Position numbers and translations under genes: made by a program. Below are positions 9,379 to 17,402 of a stretch of 20,000 nucleotides of DNA, piece after piece (the stretch's first letter is position 1; every line of letters starts with the position of its first letter). Origin of the DNA: Craspedostauros australis (taxonomy: Eukaryota); the NCBI GenBank assembly GCA_030167865.1, contig JALAGF010004049.1, positions 47,618 to 67,617 on the forward strand. Reading direction: 5' to 3'. The notes beneath the pieces are model-generated. The model did no database searches. It was not told the DNA's origin and saw nothing but the letters and a program-made list of their open reading frames with translations.

Positions 9379-11176
9379 CTGTACCACGTAGAATGCAGTG
9401 TGCAACATGCAGCATGGTGATGGAGTGGCAGATGACAAAGAGATAGAAGGTGAGGGGAAGCGAGAAGATTCATGAATGTGAGTATTTGGCAGGTGGGAAA
9501 ATTCACGATCTCCGCTGCCCTCAGTCGTGTGTGACCCCGTCCAACCCACTCCACATCATTTCCACTCCAATCCACACCATTTCGCTTCATTCAAGTACAC
9601 GATCCAAGTCAATCAGTCAACCAATTGATGTTCTGTGACTCACCTGTCCTGGCATATTGGACGTGGGTGTTGTCGCGCTGCCCGATGCGACCATGTTCTG
9701 AAGCTGCGCCCTCGCCCATTTGACGGCAACGGCTTCTCCTTGGGTGTCGGCGAGATCGACCATGGTCTTGAATTCCATGGGCGAGGCGGAGGCATCCGTC
9801 TGCTTGGCGAGGACACCTGCGAGATGCGCCTCGAGCTCTGCTTCTCGGCGCATGGCATCCTGCTTTTCCTGTTCCACTCGTTTCCACGCGTCCTCGAGAC
9901 GCTTGATGGTCTCCGACTGCGTTGCGGCGGGCTGCACGTCGGGAGTGGAGACGGACGCTGGATCGGAACCGGAAGGCGGTGCCTCGTCTGGTTGCGCTTC
10001 GAATTTGGTGGGCGAGGCAACGAGAGGCGGGACCTGCTGCTGCGCGAAGGCGTCCGCGTGATCATCGCGCAAGGATATCTTCTTCATGGTGGGCGGGGTG
10101 TTGGCCACGGAGCGCATGGCGGTGATGAATTCCTTGCGCGCGGTGCTGGGCGGTGCGACGCTGCCTCCAGGCGCGACGGATGGCGTCTTTCTGACATCCG
10201 GCGTGGACGCAGACGCCATGGTCGTCGCGGGTGTGGACGGTGGGTGTCCCGATGCGACGGGCGCGTCCTTGGTGGCATCGTAGTTGGCGTCTTCGGATGG
10301 GTCCGTGAGGTTCCTTGGCGAAGAGGATCGTTGGCGCGCCTCCTGGGAGACCTTGGGCGCCTTGACCTGGGGCGGGCTGAGGAGGCTGGAGGCGGAGATT
10401 GGCTGCGGTCGTCCGCGTGGATTCTTTGGCTTCGCAGCAGTTGCAGCTGCTGGTGGGAGGGACGCAGCGGTCGTCGCTGGTGGGGCGGCGGAGGATCGCG
10501 TGATGCGGAGATTGCCGCTGCCCGGGGCCGGCGGCACCTTGGTCGGTGACTTGTTCGCTGCCCTCGGAGGTGGCGGAGGAGGGCGCGCCGGTGGAGCGGA
10601 CTTGGCGCGTGTGCGCTTGGGTGGGCTCGGCGGCAAGTTGTTGGTGCGACCGGCCTGGACCGTCTCCGGTGCTGCGGATGCCGATCCCCTTGCGGAAGAA
10701 CCTCCACCGAAGGACTGTTCCAAGCGGCGTGCCGTGGGAGGAGGACGCGGCCCACCGGCTGGGACTCTGCCACGCGAGGTTGCCGACACGCCGCTGCGGC
10801 TGCGACTCGCGCTCTGGCTTCGCCTGGAGGATGGCGCGGACGAAGACGAAGACGATGACGCAGTGGCAGAGGTAGAAGTGGAGGTAGAAGCAGACGAGGA
10901 GGAGGAGGACTTGGGCACGCGGGGGAAGAGATCGGAATTGCGAGTGGGTGGCGGGGCTCTGCGCGATGGTGGCTGCAGTCTGGATCGGCGCAACGGATCG
11001 CCAGGTGCTGCGGAAGATGATCTGCCTGCTGAGGCGGCGGCAGGTCGCAGGGGAGGACCAGAATCCGCCGACGTGACAGCCCCGGTCGTCAATGCCTGCA
11101 AGCGACGCAGCTCTGCACGGCGACGCGCCATGTTGTCATCGGTGGTGTTATCGAACCTGGCGGCGGCTGCGGACAT
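7954..11176 (-). CDS. Two-exon gene (exon 1 11176-9644, exon 2 9378-7954) for a ~985-aa hypothetical protein: S/P/R-rich disordered N-half, short coiled coil, globular middle, Q-rich stretch, two C-terminal hydrophobic segments
   Basis: Two long same-strand ORFs are joined in frame by CAG|GTGAGT...TACAG|TTT (junction SNMPGQ|FGFMSPP). The ORF-track start at 11629 is GTG; the first in-frame ATG is at 11176 in an AACAAGATG context. The frame stays open upstream to about 11640, so an extra 5' exon is possible. Coiled coil: ETIKRLEDAWKRVEQEKQDAMRREAELEAHL. Hydrophobic segments: VMSIFIGLLFYIVFGTLNTVFI and IVSTTFYVLASLMLLSVAWLYMA. Confidence 0.82.
9379..9643 (-). other. Spliceosomal GT-AG intron, 265 nt, phase 0
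   Basis: Donor GTGAGT begins at 9643 and the CAG acceptor ends at 9379. The minus strand has no AG dinucleotide for about 130 nt upstream of the acceptor. There is a pyrimidine-rich tract and a branch-like TACTCAC near 9478-9484. Splicing preserves the frame. Confidence 0.85.
9644..11176 (-). CDS. Exon 1 of the minus-strand membrane-anchored hypothetical protein (511 codons from ATG 11176)
   Basis: Part of ORF 9617..11629. It ends at the consensus donor CAG|GTGAGT in phase 0. Confidence 0.8.
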
Positions 11177-13182
11177 CTTGTTGTTGCTGCTGCTATGGCT
11201 GCTGCTACTGCTGTTCTTGCTGCTTCTAATGGGAGCGAAGGCTGAAGCCTGTGAAGTGAGGGACGGCGGGAATGCTGATGATGATGCTGATACTGTTGTG
11301 AGACTGGTGGATGACCGATGTCTGCGTTGGGCTGTGAAGTGCTGCGGCGTTCCTCCACTCCTCTGCTTCTTCAGAGGTGGCGCAACTGGTCGAATGGGTG
11401 AAGCGTAACCGTGCAGACGTTGCTCCAGAGCGTCTTCTCCTTGTTGTCGCGGCTGTCGTTGTTGCTGCGAGTGCTGCTGAACCGAATCAATGGCGGTCTC
11501 GAGCGTGATTGCGATTCCGTTCGTCGTGGTTGCCTTCTTCGATAACTTCGTGGTCAAGCCTATCCTCTCCAGATGGTAGAGTGATTGCGTTCTTGGCAAC
11601 CTTCGGACGTGGTCTGAATGCTGTTCCACCTCTCCAACTCCTCAGAGAGAGACGTATTTTATTAGAATATATAATAGGATCGACCTGGTCTCAAATGAGG
11701 AGTATTCTGTGGTAGTATATGATATGATATGATACAATACTACTGTGTGTATCTGTGGTACGAGTATTGGTAGTCGTACGGACCACCAAGAATGATACAG
11801 AATTGCGCCAAGAGGGTCGGTGTCTGGATCGCAATGACTGGATCTGTTGGATCTGTTGGACTCCGACGGTGGCTAAGGCAATACTGTCCGAGGTCTTGCT
11901 GTTTGAGATGCCTCTCGTTGATGATCTAGATGGATACGACGGGATGATTGCGTCTCACTCGAGAGTGTCGTTATCTTTGTCTCGGTCTCCTTCCGCTGTC
12001 TTGCGTTGGTGCTCGCATGGATGCTTGAATGCCGACGGCGTTGAGCAAAGTGGTTGCGAGTGCGGTTGTGGTTGGTTGTGTCCAATAAACTCCATCCGAT
12101 GCCAACCCTGACGATTTTGGTCGTCCGTTGACTCCGCACGAAGGTTCGCGCCATGTTGTTGTCCACGTCGTGTCGGCGAAGACTTCATGAATCGACAACT
12201 TCGACCACAACTGTCATTCTTGCGTGCTGACACTGCCGTTTTCAACAAGCACAAGAACACGCATGTCATGCGTACGATGGCAGCGACAACAATGAACATG
12301 GTCCAAGTGGCGTTGGCCAATTGAATCATGTTGGTTGCACCACTCACGAGGTGTTGCGCCAACATGTCACAAACGCGAGAGACAAGGGGAGGAGGCGAAA
12401 GAAAAACCATCACCGGTCAGTCATTTGCATGAGCATCAACTCCATACCCATACTCCCAGGTCGCGGAGCACTTGAGCTATTATACTACTACTACAGGACT
12501 CTGCACTCTCCTCACGAGTATTATAGAATATCTTCCAAGAGGATGCAAACCCTCGTTGCGACTATGTGCAGAGGAGGGTATACTAGTTCGATGGCAGAAC
12601 TTCTGTTTCGTCCTGCTGTAGCTGTCACAAGTTCGTGCTGGGATTGATGTTTAGGGGCTGAATATACAATGATAGAATAGTAGAGCAGAGCAGAGTACTT
12701 CGCTCCACCCCGACATCATTTGGCAAGATTGGATTCGATGAATTCGCTGCTTCAGATCTTGGCGCCAAATCATGCCTCCACACCAGCCAACTTCAGCATG
12801 CTCCAGGTGTCGGAGGCAACAAAAGGGGTGCGGCCATGTGTGGGTGTTCATGTCAGGAGATGACAACGTTCACGTCCAGACCCACGCCAATGGAGGAAGA
12901 GGATGGAGACTTGCCCACTGCGGTTGCTGTTGTGGATGCACGTGCCGAAATGGAAGTGAGATTCGGTGCTCGTTTCACACAGTGAATGGAAAATGGGTGT
13001 CGCATCAGGTGTCCGCGGGACACTTGTTTCCCTATTCATCAGCTGCGGCAGTCACACACCGACTCAATCAATCAGTCACAGAGACACGAAAGTGGACGGC
13101 TTGAACGGAAAAGAAAGATCGCAACCAACAGAGACGAAGGGATCAAAAGGTGGAGACAGAGGCACAAACTGTACGAGCAGTA

Positions 13183-13211
13183 TCTCTCCCTCTCTCCCTC
13201 TCTCCCTCTCT
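13183..13211 (+). repeat. (TCTCTCCC)x3.6 pyrimidine tract upstream of the HSF gene
   Basis: tctctccc tctctccc tctctccc tctct, read directly. Confidence 0.85.
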
Positions 13212-13390
13212 GAACCCATGGCGACTTGCTCGTAGTACTTGAACAAGCAAGCGCTGTATCAATGCTCGGACAGTGATCGTGTTGACGACAGTGCCAATAC
13301 ACAAGCCAGAGTGGTTGGATGGCCAAATCTCGCTCCGCATGCCCATTGTTCGCATGACACACCAAACTCATTTCTCGCGCCATAATCACA

Positions 13391-13491
13391 ACACAACAAC
13401 AGTAACAACAGCCAACAACAGTAACAACAGCAACAACAGCAACAACAATAGTAGCAACAACAGTAACAACAGTAACAACAATAGTAGCAAC
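13391..13491 (+). repeat. Compound AAC/AGC/AGT microsatellite (AGYAACAAC units) directly before the HSF start codon
   Basis: acaacaacagtaacaacagccaacaacagtaacaacagcaacaacagcaacaacaatagtagcaacaacagtaacaacagtaacaacaatagtagcaaccATG. Confidence 0.9.
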
Positions 13492-13492
13492 C

Positions 13493-15496
13493 ATGACGAC
13501 TAATCAGCACAAGAAGAAGCGCTCGCAACAACGCAGCACTCCAACCATGCTCAACAACCTGGACCTCAACCTGATCAACAGCGGCAAGAAGAAGCGCACC
13601 AACGTCCTCCTGTCATTCCCTCAGAAGCTGCATCAGATGCTCACTGACGTGCACAACGAGGGAATGGAGGAGATCGTCTCGTGGCTAGGATCCTCCAACG
13701 CCTTCCGCATCCACAACCCCGATCACTTCGTCAAGTACGTCATGCCAAGGTACTTCAAGCAATCGCACATCCGCTCCTGCCAGAGACAGTTCAACAACTA
13801 CGGCTTCAAGCGCATCATCGGCGGTCCTTACGACGGGGCCTACCAGCATCCGCAATTCCTGCAGGGACGTCCCGATTTGGCCAAGGAGATTGTGCGCATC
13901 GCTGCGATACAGAACAAGGCCAAGTCGGCCACCACCAAAGGAGCCTCGTTCAGCAACTCATTCTCGTCGTCGATGGTGCCCAAATCGTCTGTCTCCAATC
14001 TTGTAGCGACGGGATCGACGACCCTGGGCGATGTTGGCTTCACCCTGGCGCAGATCGTCATCCCGGAGCGACCAAAGGGCCTCGATTCATGGAGATCTGG
14101 CGTTACCGATGGCGCTGCAGCCAACAACAACAACAACAACAACAACACAACCAACGGCAATGGCATCACTATGAATGGCATGAATGCAAACTCATTGCAT
14201 TCTCAGAGCTTCAATACGGAGAATTCCATGCAGGGACTCGCTGGCGTCGAAGGATACGAGCACGGTCGCGGAAATCAGCACGTGCCTTCCTACTTGTACG
14301 GCGCACAAAATCCCGCTACCACAGACCTCATGCGCAATGCAACAACTCCGATGGAAAATCACAGCGACTCTGCCACCATGTCCAGCGCACCAGTCTCCAT
14401 GTATCAATTCACGACCACCACCAAACGTCTCAAAGGTGGCAGCGAAGATGACGATGACGATTGTGACACTGGCACAGGTCGGCGCAAGAAGCAGAAGCGA
14501 TCGCCGTTGGATATTCCGCCATCTGAGGAATTCGGTGACAATGACTTCGCCATGGCATTCCATCCAACCCCGTTGGCAAGATTGCAGAGCACCATCAGCG
14601 CCTTTGGAAGTCACGCATTCCGTTTTGGTCGCAGCGCAGATCACGAGGACAGCAGCACCAATCATAATGACAGCAACAGCAACAGCAACGCCAAGAAATC
14701 GGCATTGCGGTCGCAGCCAAAAATGGGAGTCGATGCCACGATGCCGAAATTGAATCCTCAGGAATCCGCGGCCAGCTTTTCGGGAATGCAATTTCATCCA
14801 CCTCCTCTGACGCGCCTGATCAGCCAAATCTCATCTTCCTTCGGCATTGTGGTGCAAGAGCTGAAGGCCACTGCCAAGGGTGTATCTGCACAGTCCGGAG
14901 GCGGCGCGGCGTCCACCAACCCCGCGAGAGCCGGTTTGTTCCGATCTGCCAACAGTGCAGCAGCAGCAGCAGCAGCAGCAGAAAGGAAGACAACAACACT
15001 ACCAGTACCATCCATGCAACGAGCGTACGGAAAGCGCTTCGTCGTCAGGCAAGATGGAAAGGAGACGAGGGAGGCGGCCACATCCGATCCAAGCACGAAG
15101 AGCAACAAAAGTGCAAACCCGCTGCAGGGGCGCAAGATGACAGCGCAACAGACCATCTCCCGAATGTCGGTGACATCCACTACGTCCCTAATTGACGATG
15201 ATGATGACGACTTCAAGATCAACGACGACAGCGACCAGGAGCAGACGGGCAAGAGCCTCAGCAGCATGAACACCACCAGCAACGACAGCCAGGCGCCCAC
15301 GGAAACCAACGACACCGAACTGGCCCCGGAACCTCCACGATTGTTCTCTCGTTTCTCTTCGTTGCTGAAAGGGCACCTGCCCATCTTGAATCGATTCGAT
15401 ACCAGCGCGACTTTCGGCGAGCTGGGACTGGAGCCGATGGCCGATGGCTCGCAACCACCATCTTCTGACCAACCCTTCACAACAGCCGAGATATGA
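13493..15496 (+). CDS. HSF: Heat shock factor (HSF)-type DNA-binding domain transcription factor, 667 aa
   Basis: FPQKLHQML...IVSW....NAFRIHNPDHFVKYVMPRYFKQSHIRSCQRQFNNYGFKRI..GPYDGAYQHPQFLQGRPDLAKEIVR is an HSF winged-helix DBD. Basic NLS-like clusters: KKKR (twice) and RRKKQKR. The C-terminus is long and low-complexity with no evident HR-A/B heptads. An alternative start is possible at ATG 13547. The symbol is family-level only. Confidence 0.93.
   Translation: MTTNQHKKKRSQQRSTPTMLNNLDLNLINSGKKKRTNVLLSFPQKLHQMLTDVHNEGMEEIVSWLGSSNAFRIHNPDHFVKYVMPRYFKQSHIRSCQRQFNNYGFKRIIGGPYDGAYQHPQFLQGRPDLAKEIVRIAAIQNKAKSATTKGASFSNSFSSSMVPKSSVSNLVATGSTTLGDVGFTLAQIVIPERPKGLDSWRSGVTDGAAANNNNNNNNTTNGNGITMNGMNANSLHSQSFNTENSMQGLAGVEGYEHGRGNQHVPSYLYGAQNPATTDLMRNATTPMENHSDSATMSSAPVSMYQFTTTTKRLKGGSEDDDDDCDTGTGRRKKQKRSPLDIPPSEEFGDNDFAMAFHPTPLARLQSTISAFGSHAFRFGRSADHEDSSTNHNDSNSNSNAKKSALRSQPKMGVDATMPKLNPQESAASFSGMQFHPPPLTRLISQISSSFGIVVQELKATAKGVSAQSGGGAASTNPARAGLFRSANSAAAAAAAAERKTTTLPVPSMQRAYGKRFVVRQDGKETREAATSDPSTKSNKSANPLQGRKMTAQQTISRMSVTSTTSLIDDDDDDFKINDDSDQEQTGKSLSSMNTTSNDSQAPTETNDTELAPEPPRLFSRFSSLLKGHLPILNRFDTSATFGELGLEPMADGSQPPSSDQPFTTAEI
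13616..13897 (+). other. HSF DNA-binding domain
   Basis: Spans FPQKL to EIVR and contains all the usual HSF DBD blocks. Confidence 0.92.
14123..14146 (+). repeat. (AAC)8 encoding poly-Asn in the HSF
   Basis: Eight perfect AAC units in frame. Confidence 0.95.
14957..14980 (+). repeat. (GCA)8 encoding poly-Ala in the HSF
   Basis: Eight perfect GCA units in frame. Confidence 0.95.
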
Positions 15497-17402
15497 ATCC
15501 GATGCCAAACACAGGGTGGGGAGAGAAGTACCCCAGTGCGAAATGTACAATACCATACATGCAATACGAGTACATACTTATGTCCATAGTTCGAGTCCAT
15601 CACAGTATTCTCTGGTGTAAATAAGGCCGGGAGATGCATTGATATCCACACAAGGTAGTCACGGGCATGGCATGTTACGGTATGGATTATGGAACTCATC
15701 ATCATCGTTGTCGTCACGGAGAACTCTGGTCTGTCTCTATTCCGTCTTCTAGCTTTAACCGTAGCCTGTCCAACGTTCCAATCAACACTCTATCAGTTTG
15801 TCTGATACTTGGGACGTGTTGAAAACGATTTGAAGGACGGATTTATGCAAAACACAGACGCACGCTTCAACTCGTGACATACGTGATATACGGCAATATA
15901 CCTATAATATGTAATATTGATGGATGGAGTTGTATCGACATTTCAGAAACCCCATGTCACATCCATGTCGTGTACGAAACGGAAGCGAAGAAACGATAGT
16001 ACCGCTTCAAGGAATTGGGACTATTGCAGTACGATTGACAAACACGGATATACACGTCGGCAGGTAATGATCCAAAGTGTTTTCTGGATGGTGACGCAAC
16101 GGCTGTCACAAGACAGATTCGAGATCGTGGTTCAAGGTTTGAGCAATTATGAGTGATAAGCGAGACCCATTCGTGATGTTTCGTTGGTCATGTCCAGTCT
16201 TTGCTAGTGACAAGAATTGTTGAAAGTGTTTTTTGTGTCATCCAATGCCCGATTATGTCTGTTCGTGAATTTTGGGTCGCTGCGAGCCGCACGCGTACTT
16301 GTTAGTACGGAGATGCGGAGCTTTTGGGCATCACGCGAAAGGAGTTGGTACCAGAAACGGCGGCTTCTGGCGCTCATGCGGATGCGAACATGACGCCGCC
16401 AGGGAGAGAGAAATGGGGGAGAAAGACACCCAACCGAATAGCTGTTGTACCGGAGACGATGAAGCATGTTTGGTTTTGTGAGCTCCGTTGTGTCGAATCC
16501 GTTGCGGCTTGTCTGTGTGTCCACACGTGCCTGGAGAAGGGGGAAGAGCTCTTGTGTCTCTCGCAGATGCAAGCCGCGCTGCGAAATCACTGTTTGGCAC
16601 AGAGGTACAGAGACACGCAGAGCAGAACCAAGATAGCGCATGAACACGGGGCAGGATGAGAGGAAGAGAAACCGAAACACGGTGAAGCAGAGCAGAACAG
16701 AGCAAGACAGCGTGGACGAGTGCGCGCGTCCACGCACACATTGGCGCCACCGAGAAACACGACAGCGCATAACAGTGCACGCACACACGAGCAAACAAGT
16801 GCCCACGAAGCCACGTGATCCCTCGTGGAGTGAAGATCGCATCTGTGGATCGTCGCATACAATCAGCCACGGAATCAAGTTCTACCCTGATTGTACTTCA
16901 CATCGAGCATTATAGACGCACAACGATACTTGTTGTAGCGTATCCATCGACATTGCCATCACAGCAGCATCAAAGCAGAGCATCTCCATCGACATTGAGC
17001 GTGTTGGTTGGAAGAGAGCGAAAAAGAGCACCAAGAAGCATCAAAAGTCGTGGTAACCGGCGACTCCTGAATTGATCAGAAACGTCTGTCTGAGGCTGTG
17101 CATTGGGACCTGTGACGAGATCAGCATTGAGGTTGAGATCGAGATTGAGGCTGAGGTTGGCACAAGAGCAGAGACACAATACCAATAGGAGCATTACAAG
17201 CACGAGGTTGCTCTCTGTCTGGCATCCAGAACTCCCACTCAAGGCAACTCGGTTTGACTCCACGGCGGCCGTGCTTGCACCTGTCTCAGTCCCATTTCCA
17301 TACTGCTCCGCCACATCGAAGCACCAATCAAGCACCATTGCATACTCCAAGTTGTTTACTATTCTATTATATTATATAAGTTGTTTGGAAGAGCACAGAA
17401 CC

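Noticed and set aside
9635-11408. Long plus-strand ORFs (304 and 374 aa) opposite the minus-strand gene
   Set aside because: Antisense shadows of GC-rich low-complexity coding sequence; the splice signals and domain logic support the minus strand.
13391-13491. Regular repeat array as a CRISPR or telomeric repeat
   Set aside because: It is a simple trinucleotide-derived microsatellite with no unique spacers and no TTAGGG units.
15822-16152. Protein-like reading across two stops (…HVVYETEAKKR*YRFKELGLLQYD*QTRIYTSAGNDPKCFLDGD…)
   Set aside because: No recognisable family, so it cannot be called a pseudogene or readthrough without a homology search.
16710-16735. 9-bp GC-rich hairpin GCGTGGACG-n8-CGTCCACGC
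   Set aside because: Short enough to occur by chance in 20 kb, with no supporting context.
17103-17402. 100-codon N-terminal extension given by the ORF track
   Set aside because: It starts at TTG and crosses a hexamer repeat and an AT-rich tract; ATG 17403 has a good context.
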